A program made the translations under genes and the position numbers. The notes beneath the pieces were generated by a model. It was not told where the DNA came from. It saw nothing but the letters and a program-made list of their open reading frames with translations, and did not search any database. DNA of 64,000 nucleotides from an archaeon. GTDB taxonomy: Archaea; Nanobdellota; Nanobdellia; SCGC-AAA011-G17; PNOQ01. Shown piece by piece: positions 18,245 through 28,239 of the stretch. Location: NCBI GenBank assembly GCA_018671245.1, contig JABHIB010000001.1, forward strand, positions 31,888 through 95,887, given 5' to 3'. Positions within the stretch are counted from its first letter, which is position 1. The number at the start of each line of letters is the position of its first letter.

Positions 18245-19351
18245 TTAGTCTATAAACTCGATACCGAGTTCATTTTCTATCTCTTTTCGCTTTGCTGGAC
18301 TGTTTTTGTCAGAAGGTCCAAAGATCTGAGGACTTCTAACTCCTGTAACAATCAACATTACGCTCAAAGTTTTTTCTAAATCTTCTGAAGTTTGTGCTCC
18401 CCAAATTATTCTAGCATCTTCTTCATCTAATTTATCAGCAACTGCTTCTACAACCTTTTTACATTCATCAAGGGTGATATCTGTTCCACCTCTGATATTT
18501 ATCAATGCACCATTAGCTCCACCTATCTCAACATCAAGCAATGGGTTGTTGATTGCTTTATCAACTGCTTCAACTGCTCTATTCTCGCTATCGGACTCTC
18601 CGACACCAATCATAGCTACTCCTCCTTTCCCCATAACGGTCCTAACATCAGCAAAATCAAGATTAACTAAACCAGGTTTAGTAATAAGTTCTGCAATACC
18701 TTTAGCAGAGTTTACCAAAATCTCATCAGAAACTTTGAATGCTGTTTGAAGTGGCAAATCTGGTGCCAACTCAAGTAATTTATCATTAGGTATAACTATA
18801 AGTGTATCAACTATTGTCTCTAATTTTTCAAGACCGAATAGTGCATTCTCATATCTTCTCTGTCCTTCCATATGGAATGGAAGTGTAACAATTCCTACAG
18901 TAAGAATCCCTAACTTTTTAGCTATATCTGCGATAACTGGTGCACTACCTGTTCCTGTTCCTCCACCTAGTCCGCATGTTATGAATATCATATCCGCACC
19001 TTTCAGAACTTCTCTAAGTTCTTGTTCACTCTCTCGTGCAGCTTCTTCTCCAACTTGTGGTACGCTTCCAGCACCTAGTCCTCCAGTCAGATCTCTACCA
19101 ATTAAGATTTTATGATTAGCATTAGTATATAATAAATCTTGAGCATCAGTATTAATTGCTATTGATTCTGCTCCAGAAATCCCAACTTCTGTTAGTCTAT
19201 TGATAGTATTGTTTCCAGCACCGCCAGCTCCAATAACTTTAATCTTTGCCCTCTGTTTTGCGAGAAGTCCTTCCAATTCTTCATCTATACTGGCAAACTT
19301 CTCGGTACCTTTTTCACTTAATTCAACGTTTTGTGCATATGGTTCTTCCAA
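18245..19351 (-). CDS. ftsZ: cell division protein FtsZ
   Basis: [17 protein letters not shown] tubulin signature, NLDFAD; TTG start with a GAGGGG SD. Confidence 0.97.
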   Translation of the reverse strand: MEEPYAQNVELSEKGTEKFASIDEELEGLLAKQRAKIKVIGAGGAGNNTINRLTEVGISGAESIAINTDAQDLLYTNANHKILIGRDLTGGLGAGSVPQVGEEAARESEQELREVLKGADMIFITCGLGGGTGTGSAPVIADIAKKLGILTVGIVTLPFHMEGQRRYENALFGLEKLETIVDTLIVIPNDKLLELAPDLPLQTAFKVSDEILVNSAKGIAELITKPGLVNLDFADVRTVMGKGGVAMIGVGESDSENRAVEAVDKAINNPLLDVEIGGANGALINIRGGTDITLDECKKVVEAVADKLDEEDARIIWGAQTSEDLEKTLSVMLIVTGVRSPQIFGPSDKNSPAKRKEIENELGIEFID

Positions 19352-19422
19352 AATTATCCCCTCGCTATTTAATTAAAAAAGGAAATGCACTATTGTTTTT
19401 AAAGTTAATTATTCTTGAGTAG

Positions 19423-20109
19423 TTATTTTTCAGTTTTTTCAGCTTCCTTTTTAGGCCTAACACCGACGCTGACAGCACTGATTTTAGAAATAAGTTCTTT
19501 AATATTCTTCTCAAAATTTTTTACGATTGGTTCAGGAATTTCCAGTTTTGACAAAATTTCCAACTTTCCATCAACTAATTTCAAGTCATAATCTCCTTCA
19601 TTCAAAAATAGATTCAAATTTACTAAACTTTTAACCTGTTCTTCAGTATTATTCACACTTTCAATAAGTTTAATCTCATATGTAATTGCCTGTCCAGCCA
19701 AAGGGTGATTAAAATCAACAATAACTCTTCCTGCACTAACACTTCTGATAACTCCAATATGATTATCTACATTAATTCTTAGACCTGGAGAAGGATTCAA
19801 GTTGTGTTTTTTGAATTGCTTCATAGAAAGTATCTTTATTAATTTGGGATTTTTTACACCAAATGCAGATTCAGGATCTAATTCAATATCATATGATTTG
19901 CCTATTTCCTTGCCTTCTAGTTTATCATCTAAACCTTTTAGTAAGTGGCCCTCTCCAATACATACAATTCTAGGTCCGTATGATAGGTTAGGATTATGAA
20001 TGTTTTCTTTCTTTGCTAATGTTTCATCTGTCAAATCAAATATTTTTTTACTTGTTTTTATTCTTCCAGTATATTCGACTTTTATGAAATCTTTTTTCTT
20101 CGCATTCAT
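19423..20109 (-). CDS. FKBP-type peptidyl-prolyl isomerase (SlyD-like, long archaeal type)
   Basis: YTG...FD, GLD..L, PESAFG, VDFNHPLAG. Confidence 0.9.
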   Translation of the reverse strand: MNAKKKDFIKVEYTGRIKTSKKIFDLTDETLAKKENIHNPNLSYGPRIVCIGEGHLLKGLDDKLEGKEIGKSYDIELDPESAFGVKNPKLIKILSMKQFKKHNLNPSPGLRINVDNHIGVIRSVSAGRVIVDFNHPLAGQAITYEIKLIESVNNTEEQVKSLVNLNLFLNEGDYDLKLVDGKLEILSKLEIPEPIVKNFEKNIKELISKISAVSVGVRPKKEAEKTEK

Positions 20110-20163
20110 TTTAGAAAATTAGAAATGGTAGAGTTTATTAATCTTTTCAATTTAATCAAAATA

Positions 20164-20610
20164 ATGAATCCTGTAAAAAAGATTATGATTGGAGCTTCAA
20201 TAGCAGTTATTGCAACTGCAGGATATATCAATCTATTAAATACTATAAAAAAGGAGGAACCTTCTACTTCTCCAATCTTTTATGATGTCGGTGAGATAAC
20301 TGGAGACAATAAAAAAGATCTAGTTTATCTAAAAGATTCAAAAATCTATAAATTAGAAGAAAAACTTGACGCTAGGCCAGTTCCGCTTTTCGGAGGTCCA
20401 GGATTAGAGAATGTATGTGGACTATTTCTTAACGATTTTAATAAAGATGGATTAGATGATATAACTTTATTTCTCGACGATAAAGGCATAATTGCAGTAA
20501 GAACATATGCTAACTTTGGAGAGGAAGGATTCTTCTTCGATCCAAACGGATTACACTACGATCCATTCGGAAATATTAAAAAATCCATATACCTCTACAA
20601 AACTAATTAA
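20164..20610 (+). CDS. hypothetical membrane-anchored protein with FG-GAP-like motifs
   Basis: N-terminal TM; GEITGDNKKDLV and NDFNKDGLDDI motifs. Confidence 0.6.
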   Translation: MNPVKKIMIGASIAVIATAGYINLLNTIKKEEPSTSPIFYDVGEITGDNKKDLVYLKDSKIYKLEEKLDARPVPLFGGPGLENVCGLFLNDFNKDGLDDITLFLDDKGIIAVRTYANFGEEGFFFDPNGLHYDPFGNIKKSIYLYKTN

Positions 20611-20661
20611 TTTTTTTAAAACAAAAATTTTATAAATCTCCGCATTCCCTCCTTCATAATA

Positions 20662-21051
20662 ATGGATAAAAAAGTTGTGAACGTAGGTTCATTAAAAGTA
20701 GGAAATTACATAATTTTTGACGATGTTGCGTGTAAGATATCTTCAATAGATATATCTAGGACTGGAAAACACGGACATGCCAAGGCAAGAATTTCGGCAA
20801 TCGGTTTAATAACAGGGAAAAAGATAATTAAGATCTATCCAACCGGAGATAAAGTAGAAGTTCCAATCGTAGAAAAGGAAAACGCTCAAGCGCTGTCTGT
20901 TCAAGGAGATTTAGTGACAGTAATGGATATGAAAACTTATGAATCTTTCGATCTTAAAATACCGGAAGAATTAAAAACAGAAGTGGAAGCAGGAAAACAG
21001 ATAGTTTATTGGATTATACTGAATGAAAAGGTAATAATGCAGGTAAAATAA
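20662..21051 (+). CDS. eif5a: translation initiation factor aIF-5A
   Basis: SRTGKHGHAK hypusine motif. Confidence 0.95.
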   Translation: MDKKVVNVGSLKVGNYIIFDDVACKISSIDISRTGKHGHAKARISAIGLITGKKIIKIYPTGDKVEVPIVEKENAQALSVQGDLVTVMDMKTYESFDLKIPEELKTEVEAGKQIVYWIILNEKVIMQVK

Positions 21052-21052
21052 A

Positions 21053-21217
21053 ATGGCAAAATTTGATGAAGCGCAAAAAAGATTGTTCAAGAATGTAATG
21101 GTTTGCAAGAAATGCAAAACTAAAGCTAAAGCAACAATGCAAAAAGTATTACTTCGGAAAATATTATGTAAAAATTGCGGGGGAAAAAACTTCCGGCCAA
21201 AGAGAAAAGCTAAATAA
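21053..21217 (+). CDS. rpl40e: 50S ribosomal protein L40e (absent from the ORF track)
   Basis: MAKFDEAQKRLFKNVMVCKKC...CKNCGGKNFRPKRK, 54 aa. Confidence 0.9.
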   Translation: MAKFDEAQKRLFKNVMVCKKCKTKAKATMQKVLLRKILCKNCGGKNFRPKRKAK

Positions 21218-21219
21218 AA

Positions 21220-22434
21220 ATGAATTTAGATATATTGCTTCTTATTGTATTCGGAATAAGTTTATTGATTTTTTTAATTACTTCAAAGAAGGCAGAGCTA
21301 GAGAAAATTGCTTTCCCTTTTATTTATATGTATATGTATAGGACCAAGTTAGGTCTAAATTTGATGGATAAGTTAGCAAAAAAACATCCAAGAATTTTAA
21401 ATGCATTAGGTTATGTATCTATTTCAGTAGGATTTATTGGGATGTTTACAATTATATTTTACTTATTATATGGTGCATACAATTTCATGTTTATGAATCA
21501 ACCTTCACCAATACAATTACTATTACCTGGATTAGTAAAAGTTCCAGGAATTCCAACCCTATCATTTTTTCATTGGATAATTGCAATATTTTTACTTGCA
21601 GCAGTTCACGAATTTTCACATGGAGTCTTTGCAAGATTAAGAAAGATAAAAATAAAATCTTCAGGATTTGCAATATTTGGAATAATTTTGCCAATAATTC
21701 CTGCAGCTTTTGTTGAACCAGATGAGAAAAAGATGGCTAGCTCCAGTACAAAAACTCAATTAGAAGTTATGTCTGCTGGACCATTTGCAAATATTGTAAC
21801 TGCATTTTTCACATTTTTCTTATTCGCATTACTAATCGCACCTGCAGCAAATTCAACATTAGATTATGTTGGTGTACAAGTTATGGGATTCGGAGATGAC
21901 TCCCCATTAAATGCAAGCGGAATGCAATTGGGTGAAAGTATAATCTCAGTTAAGGAAACTCCTGTTTCAGGAGCAGAAGAATTCATCAAGGTTATGGGAA
22001 CTATTGGATCTCATGAAAGAATTAATATTCAAACAGAAAACTTTACCTATTCCGTTGTTACTTCCGAGCATCCGGAAGACAGTTCAAGAGGATATTTGGG
22101 GATTACAGTCGGTCCGAGTAAAGAAATATTCAAAGAAGATCTTGTACAAAAATTTGGGATGTTTCCACTACAAGCAATGATCTGGATAAAAATATTATTT
22201 TTCTGGATCTTCATGGCAAACCTAGGTGTAGGATTATTCAATTTACTTCCGATAACAATACTTGATGGTGGACGAATGTTCTACTTATTATTATTTTCAA
22301 TTACAAAGGATGAGAAGAAATCTATGAAAACTTGGAAGATAGTAAGCACAGTACTGTTTGTAATAATCTTATTATTGCTTATGCCTCAGTTTTATGAGTT
22401 ATTTGTAGCTCCACTAATTAGATTATTTACATAA
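21220..22434 (+). CDS. site-2 protease (M50) with PDZ-like insert
   Basis: HEFSH, AFVEPDE, SAGPFAN, NLLP...LDGG. Confidence 0.92.
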   Translation: MNLDILLLIVFGISLLIFLITSKKAELEKIAFPFIYMYMYRTKLGLNLMDKLAKKHPRILNALGYVSISVGFIGMFTIIFYLLYGAYNFMFMNQPSPIQLLLPGLVKVPGIPTLSFFHWIIAIFLLAAVHEFSHGVFARLRKIKIKSSGFAIFGIILPIIPAAFVEPDEKKMASSSTKTQLEVMSAGPFANIVTAFFTFFLFALLIAPAANSTLDYVGVQVMGFGDDSPLNASGMQLGESIISVKETPVSGAEEFIKVMGTIGSHERINIQTENFTYSVVTSEHPEDSSRGYLGITVGPSKEIFKEDLVQKFGMFPLQAMIWIKILFFWIFMANLGVGLFNLLPITILDGGRMFYLLLFSITKDEKKSMKTWKIVSTVLFVIILLLLMPQFYELFVAPLIRLFT

Positions 22435-22471
22435 ACAAAAGATTAAAAAACGCATCATTTCTCTTTAAACT

Positions 22472-23212
22472 ATGTTAATCGACGCACACTGTCATTTAGA
22501 CTTATTAGAGAAAGAAAAAGACCTAGACAAGGTGCTAGAAAATTCTAAGAAAGTCAAAATAATCATATCAAATGGGACCTCTCCAGAATCAAATAGGAGA
22601 GTTTTAGAAATCTCAGATAAATATGAAAAAGTAAAACCTTCCTTAGGAATCTATCCCTTAGAGGCACTAAAAATGTCAGATGAAGAGATAGATGCTGAGA
22701 TTGAATTCATAAAAAAATCAAAACCTATAGCAATTGGAGAAGTGGGAATAGATTATCATTATGGCGATCAAAAAGAACAACAAGAAAAAAACTTTAAGAA
22801 GTTCATCAAACTAGCTAAAGAGTTAGATATTCCAATAATAGTTCATTCAAGAAAAGCAGAATCTGAAGTTTTAGATATTCTTGAACAATCAGATATTGAG
22901 AAAGTAGTTCTACACTGTTTCAGCGGGAATAAAGAGCTTACAGAAAAAGCAACATCTCATAAGTCTTGGATGTTTACTATACCTACAGCAGTAGTTAGAA
23001 ATAAAACTTTTAGGAAGTTAGCAAAGAGAGTACCTATTAATAATATATTAATAGAAACAGATGCACCTTATTTATCTCCTATTGAAGGGGAGCCAAATGA
23101 GCCAGCATTTATAGAACTGTCAATAACAAAAATTGCAGAATTGAAAAAAATAACTAAGGAAGAACTTGAAAAATCAATAGAAGAGAATTTTCAAAAAATG
23201 TTTTTAAAATGA
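22472..23212 (+). CDS. tatD: TatD family hydrolase
   Basis: DAHCHL, IGEVGIDY, VHSR, LHCFSG, ETDAPY. Confidence 0.93.
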   Translation: MLIDAHCHLDLLEKEKDLDKVLENSKKVKIIISNGTSPESNRRVLEISDKYEKVKPSLGIYPLEALKMSDEEIDAEIEFIKKSKPIAIGEVGIDYHYGDQKEQQEKNFKKFIKLAKELDIPIIVHSRKAESEVLDILEQSDIEKVVLHCFSGNKELTEKATSHKSWMFTIPTAVVRNKTFRKLAKRVPINNILIETDAPYLSPIEGEPNEPAFIELSITKIAELKKITKEELEKSIEENFQKMFLK

Positions 23213-24138
23213 ATACTGGAAAAAAAATACTTGAAAAACAAGGATACAGATTTACTGGAGACCATAGTAGTGTTAAGATCTGTGGATGGACGAAAAATTC
23301 AATACTAAATAAAGGAAACTGTTACAAACATAAATTTTATGGAATAAATACTAATCAATGTGTCCAGATGACTCCTTCGATGGTATGTCCAAATAGGTGC
23401 GTTTTTTGTTGGAGATCACTAGATTATTACACTGCAGAAGGAATGGATAGTATAGATGATCCTAAAAAAATAATAGATAACTCTCTAGCTGCACAAAAGG
23501 GTTTATTGAGCGGACTAGGTGGAAATAAAGATAGAGATAAGGAAAAATATAAAGAATCACAATCTCCAAGACATTTTGCAATTAGTTTAACTGGAGAGCC
23601 TACAGCATATCCAAAATTAAACAAATTATTAGTAGAACTACATAAGAGGAAGTTTACTTCATTTTTGGTCACGAATGGAATGTTTCCAGAAGCGCTTGAA
23701 AAACTAACAGAATTACCTACTCAACTCTACTTATCTCTCGATGCACCTTCAGAAGAATCATATAAAGAAATTGATCAACCTATCCTGAAAGATTATTGGA
23801 AGAGATTTAACAGATCGTTAGAAATCTTTTCAAAAATGAAAACTAGAAGAGTAATTAGAATCACTGCAGTAGATGGAATCAATATGTTTGATGAAGAAGG
23901 GTATGCAGAACTAATCAAAAAAGCTAATCCTGATTGGGTTGAAGTAAAGTCCTACTCTTGGGTAGGAGATTCGAGATACCGATTAAAGGAAGAGAATGTA
24001 CCGAGTTTTGAAAGGTGTATGAGTTTTGCAGAAGATATTGGAAAATTAATCGGAATGAAAATCATTGACACTCATGAAAGATCTAGGGCAGTATTATTAG
24101 CAAAAGAAGATACTCCTGATAGGAAGCTTAAATTTTAA
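23209..24138 (+). CDS. taw1: 4-demethylwyosine synthase (radical SAM, TYW1/Taw1)
   Basis: HS.VKIC.W, CYKHKFYGI, CPNRCVFCWR, SLTGEPT. Confidence 0.93.
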   Translation: MNTGKKILEKQGYRFTGDHSSVKICGWTKNSILNKGNCYKHKFYGINTNQCVQMTPSMVCPNRCVFCWRSLDYYTAEGMDSIDDPKKIIDNSLAAQKGLLSGLGGNKDRDKEKYKESQSPRHFAISLTGEPTAYPKLNKLLVELHKRKFTSFLVTNGMFPEALEKLTELPTQLYLSLDAPSEESYKEIDQPILKDYWKRFNRSLEIFSKMKTRRVIRITAVDGINMFDEEGYAELIKKANPDWVEVKSYSWVGDSRYRLKEENVPSFERCMSFAEDIGKLIGMKIIDTHERSRAVLLAKEDTPDRKLKF

Positions 24139-24727
24139 CGATTTTTCCATCTGGACCTGGATTAAGGATTAAACTATTTCCAACAACTTCTTTTTTCCCA
24201 AAGTTTTCATGAAGATGTCCACATAGAACTAATCGAGGTTTATGTTTAAGAACAAATTTTTTAACTGATTCATTTCCACTATGCCCAATAAGTGGGAGAA
24301 GATCTAGTTTTGTTTTGTAAGGTGGAACATGTGTAATAAATATCAGTTTTTTCTTTCTATCAATACTACTAATAAATTTCTTTGAGATTTTCTCAAAATA
24401 TTTGTCCTTTGTTGCAAAAACTCCATCACCATAACCAAAGAAGATAAAGTCTTCAAATTCATAACTTCCATTATCTAAAAATATTACATACTCAAATTTA
24501 GAACTTATCTTTCTAAGATCTATAGATTCCTCATGATTTCCAGAAATTAATAAAAGAGGTATCTTGAGTTCCTCGAATTTCTTTAGAACTTTCTTAACTC
24601 CTCTGCCCCAATCTGTCAGATCTCCTGCACACACTAAAAAATCAGGTTTTTCTTTCTTAGCTTTCTTTATGATAGATTTAATTGAACTATTGTGTCCATG
24701 TACATCTGTAAATACTAATAATTTCAT
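24128..24727 (-). CDS. metallophosphoesterase (calcineurin-like, Icc-related)
   Basis: DVHG, GDLT, GNHE, THVPP, GHLHE, NPG. Confidence 0.9.
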   Translation of the reverse strand: MKLLVFTDVHGHNSSIKSIIKKAKKEKPDFLVCAGDLTDWGRGVKKVLKKFEELKIPLLLISGNHEESIDLRKISSKFEYVIFLDNGSYEFEDFIFFGYGDGVFATKDKYFEKISKKFISSIDRKKKLIFITHVPPYKTKLDLLPLIGHSGNESVKKFVLKHKPRLVLCGHLHENFGKKEVVGNSLILNPGPDGKIVKI

Positions 24728-24766
24728 ATAAGACCATTATGAATAAGTATATTTAATTGTTTCTAA

Positions 24767-24901
24767 TCAAATCGCCTCTTTCATCCAGTACTTATCAAAA
24801 GAATCTGCAGTAGAATCATCAATAAAGCTCCAAAATTCCAGTTCAGCGTCTTTTCTCATAAATTCTGTCCAGCCCACATATTTATTTTTTTTAGATATCA
24901 T
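24767..24901 (-). CDS. small hypothetical protein (44 aa, Trp/acid-rich)
   Basis: ATG at 24901 with TATATAAA about 30 nt upstream; fills the gap between cdc6 and the phosphoesterase. Confidence 0.45.
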   Translation of the reverse strand: MISKKNKYVGWTEFMRKDAELEFWSFIDDSTADSFDKYWMKEAI

Positions 24902-24967
24902 TTGAATCACACTAAGAAATAGCTCAAAACAATTTATATACAAATCGCAGGTACATGACAATGACAA

Positions 24968-26008
24968 TCAAAAATCAGTCAACTTTCTACCATAGCTTAT
25001 TATTCTAGCTTTACCATCTTTTTCATCGGCTTCAATCATATGATTTTCTAATAACTCATCAATTTTACGATAGAATGTCCTATATGATTTATTTCCACCT
25101 TTTTTAATATAAATCCCATATAATTCTTTTATTGTACCAGAATTCTCTTTTATAATCTCAATTAAGGAGTTTTCTTCATCACCAAATTCCTTGGCATTTT
25201 TTATTTTAAATTCTGAACTAAATTTTTCTATTGCAAGTTTTGCATGTTCTAGTTTTATCTCTCTAGATGATTTTCTCTCTGCTTCATCTGCAGCCTTTTT
25301 TAATAAGAATAATCCGCTTCTAATGTCTTTTAATTCACATGTTTTTCTAGCTACCAAATCAAAAGCTTCGTCATTCAAAACTCCTGGAACAAAAGCAAAA
25401 TTACAACGTTCCCTAAGGATCCCAGAAACCTCAGATGCATTGTAGGCTTCAAACTCAAGACTTTGAGGGACTAACCTTGACCTTATCCTGTCATCTAGAT
25501 CTGCAATCCAGTCCCTATAATTTGTAATCATAATTATTGATTTTTTATTAAGGTCCTCGCATAAATTATAGATTATATCTGTATCTTTAGCTTTGTCTAT
25601 TTCATCAAGACAGATAACTGTGGATTTTTTATTAAGAATTTCAGTTATACTTTTTAATAATTCATCAGTTCCTTTATTGTGGGTCCACTTATATCCAATT
25701 GCCTTACAAATTTCCAAAGCAATCCTATGGCTTGTATCTTTCTTCCAACAATTTATGTAGATTGGGATAATATTATCTCCCTCAAATTCTATCTCTCTAA
25801 ATAAATATTTTACTGCAAGGGTCTTACCAACACCTGGAGAACCATAAACAAATAAATTCCCACCATCTCTACCATTTAAGAGAGGTTTAATTGCATAAGA
25901 AATCTCTTGCTGTTGACCCTCTCTATATTTAATTGGTTTAGGAATGTAATCATAACATAAAGGAGTTTCATCCTTAATTAAGCTTTCATCATCTCTTAAA
26001 AAATCCAT
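24968..26008 (-). CDS. cdc6: Orc1/Cdc6 family replication initiator
   Basis: Walker A GSPGVGKT, YINC, Walker B LDEID, RIRSRL, C-terminal wHTH. Confidence 0.9.
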   Translation of the reverse strand: MDFLRDDESLIKDETPLCYDYIPKPIKYREGQQQEISYAIKPLLNGRDGGNLFVYGSPGVGKTLAVKYLFREIEFEGDNIIPIYINCWKKDTSHRIALEICKAIGYKWTHNKGTDELLKSITEILNKKSTVICLDEIDKAKDTDIIYNLCEDLNKKSIIMITNYRDWIADLDDRIRSRLVPQSLEFEAYNASEVSGILRERCNFAFVPGVLNDEAFDLVARKTCELKDIRSGLFLLKKAADEAERKSSREIKLEHAKLAIEKFSSEFKIKNAKEFGDEENSLIEIIKENSGTIKELYGIYIKKGGNKSYRTFYRKIDELLENHMIEADEKDGKARIISYGRKLTDF

Positions 26009-26049
26009 AACAACAAGAGAAATAAAGCGAAATATAAAGCTTTCTAAAT

Positions 26050-26406
26050 CTAGACCTCTTCAATACCTTTCTCACTAACACTAACCAGTCTAAGGCCAAC
26101 TCCTAATTTAATTAAAGCTCCAAATAATGCCATGTGTTCATTACCACTTCCAGAAATAAGATTGACTGCAACTTCTGTACCATTTATCTTTTCTTTCAAC
26201 CCTAAAATTATATCATCTCTAAGTTTATCAACTGATTTATTAGGATCGACAACAATCATTTCAACATTCTCTGGAGCATCAAACTTCTCTTTTCCAAAAT
26301 CATTAGTAATCAAATAAACTTTTTCCCAATTCTCTCCTGCAATAAGTTTAGCAACTTCAGTCCAAGATCCTTTTCCTGTTGTCAAACAAGCTACAAGTTC
26401 AGTCAT
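26050..26406 (-). CDS. hypothetical protein, probable small Rossmann-like (CARF-like) fold
   Basis: LVACLTTGKG, EKVYLITN, VAVNLISGSG.EHMAL pattern. Confidence 0.65.
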   Translation of the reverse strand: MTELVACLTTGKGSWTEVAKLIAGENWEKVYLITNDFGKEKFDAPENVEMIVVDPNKSVDKLRDDIILGLKEKINGTEVAVNLISGSGNEHMALFGALIKLGVGLRLVSVSEKGIEEV

Positions 26407-26499
26407 ATTAAATCAGATAAATTATAGATTATTTAAGCTTTATTGTAGAGTTGTTAGAAAATCCAAAAATATATAAACCGTCAACGATAAAAGTTAATT

Positions 26500-26955
26500 A
26501 TGCCAAAAAAGATTTCAAAAGATATCCCCTTATCAGAAATAACTTTAAGGAGATATGAAAAACCTTACGCAACAACAAAAAGAGAACTAACAAGAAAACT
26601 TTGTTTATCAGTTGGTCTATTACAACCTGGAGATTCTAGAGATGTAGTTGTAGATATATTCCATGTTTTATTAAATAACAGGCACAAAAAAATACTAATG
26701 AATTCTGAAGAAATAAAAGCAAAAGTAATCTCGGCAAGAAAGAGACATAAACTTCCAATACAAGGAGTTGCTTCTTCTAATGTTCGAAGACAATTAAAAA
26801 GATTAAAGGATTTATATTTAGTAGAGAACATAAAAAATCAATATAGGATAACAGAGTTTGAAAATATGTCTGTAATCTTTGAGAAACAAATAAAGAATTT
26901 TTATTTGAATAACATTCTAGAAAGGGTTGAAGAATATTTTAAAGAGATCAAATGA
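26500..26955 (+). CDS. hypothetical winged-HTH DNA-binding protein
   Basis: EITLRRYEKP, GLLQPGDSRD, SNVRRQLKRL.DLYLVE....YRI. Confidence 0.7.
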   Translation: MPKKISKDIPLSEITLRRYEKPYATTKRELTRKLCLSVGLLQPGDSRDVVVDIFHVLLNNRHKKILMNSEEIKAKVISARKRHKLPIQGVASSNVRRQLKRLKDLYLVENIKNQYRITEFENMSVIFEKQIKNFYLNNILERVEEYFKEIK

Positions 26956-27464
26956 TATATGAACCTGCAGAAGATTCTTATTTACTTCAAGAACAACTAA
27001 AAAATTTTGTAAAACCTGGAATGAAAGTTTTAGATATGGGTACAGGTTCTGGGATACAAGCAAAAACTGCAAAAGAACTTGGTGCAGAAGTTCTAGCAGT
27101 TGATATTAACGAAGGATGTGTAGAACACGTTAAGAATTTAGAAATTGATACTATACAATCAAACTTATTCTCGAAGGTTACAGGAAAATTTGATATAATT
27201 ATTTTCAATCCACCCTATCTGCCAGAAGATCCGAGAGAGCCAGAAGATTCAGCAAGATCCACAACCGGCGGAAAAACTGGATCAGAAGTACTAAATAGAT
27301 TCTTAGAAACTGCGAAAGACTATTTGAATGAGAATGGGAAACTTATAATCGTGGTTTCATCACTAACAAAAGGAATAAATAAAGAAGGATACACTTTCAA
27401 AAAACTTTCAGAACAAAAAATTGATTTCGAAAATCTAATTACTTATCTAATAGAATCAAATTAA
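26952..27464 (+). CDS. HemK2/MTQ2-like protein methyltransferase
   Basis: YEPAEDS, LDMGTGSG, FNPPY. Confidence 0.9.
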   Translation: MIYEPAEDSYLLQEQLKNFVKPGMKVLDMGTGSGIQAKTAKELGAEVLAVDINEGCVEHVKNLEIDTIQSNLFSKVTGKFDIIIFNPPYLPEDPREPEDSARSTTGGKTGSEVLNRFLETAKDYLNENGKLIIVVSSLTKGINKEGYTFKKLSEQKIDFENLITYLIESN

Positions 27465-28139
27465 ACTTTCAAGAGAATAAACTTTCTCTTCCATTATTGT
27501 TTTAGTTATATTTATCAATTCTTTTTTTGAAACTTCAGGTAAAAGATAATTATCAACATTATCTCCATCTTTAAAGAAATAATAAGGTTCACCGATAACT
27601 ACACTAGCTTTATCATAATCTGGGATAAAAAAATTTCCCCCGTCCTTGAAGTTAGTATCTACCCTAACTGGGATTATTGGTTTGTTTGGAGAATCAATAA
27701 CTAATTTTGCAAGTCCAGGATAGTATCTCTTCCTCTCTATATTATTAATATTACTACTCATACCTTCTGGAAATATTGCAACACAATCATCTCTGCTCAA
27801 ATACTCTCTTGCTAAACTAAAACATTTATTATTTACTTTCGAATTAAGGGCACCAGGATTAACAGGTATCTGTTTAGTTTTATTTAATACAAATCTTAAT
27901 GCAGGATTTTTATACAATCCATTATACACAAAATAATGTATCGGAATATTTTTTCCAAATGCTGAACACACTAACAAATGGTCCTTCGATCTCTCTCCAG
28001 CTCTAGAATGATTTATTGCGACTATTCCTCCATCCAAGTTCTCTAGATTTTCCTGCCCTGAGACACTAATATCTACATATTTGTTTATGTACGCATTGCT
28101 CATATGACACACACTCTTGTATACTTTGGAGGATTCCAT
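27456..28139 (-). CDS. PlsC-like lysophospholipid acyltransferase (copy 1)
   Basis: NH...D block, QIPV, IFPEG, PIIPV, IGEP. Confidence 0.8.
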   Translation of the reverse strand: MESSKVYKSVCHMSNAYINKYVDISVSGQENLENLDGGIVAINHSRAGERSKDHLLVCSAFGKNIPIHYFVYNGLYKNPALRFVLNKTKQIPVNPGALNSKVNNKCFSLAREYLSRDDCVAIFPEGMSSNINNIERKRYYPGLAKLVIDSPNKPIIPVRVDTNFKDGGNFFIPDYDKASVVIGEPYYFFKDGDNVDNYLLPEVSKKELINITKTIMEEKVYSLESLI

Positions 28140-28159
28140 AAATATATTTACTAATTTGC

Positions 28160-28198
28160 CATTTATAACTGTTTTCGTAACTTAGAAATAACAACAAA
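28160..28198 (-). repeat. 39-bp promoter repeat, copy 1
   Basis: catttataactgttttcgtaacttagaaataacaacaaa; 36/39 identical to 28965-29003. Confidence 0.85.
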
Positions 28199-28239
28199 CT
28201 CCAAAAAGATATTATAATAAAAAATTAATCTTTTCTAAA

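Noticed and set aside
26009..26499. replication origin next to cdc6
   Set aside because: Gaps are under 100 bp and no repeated ORB/mini-ORB motif could be seen
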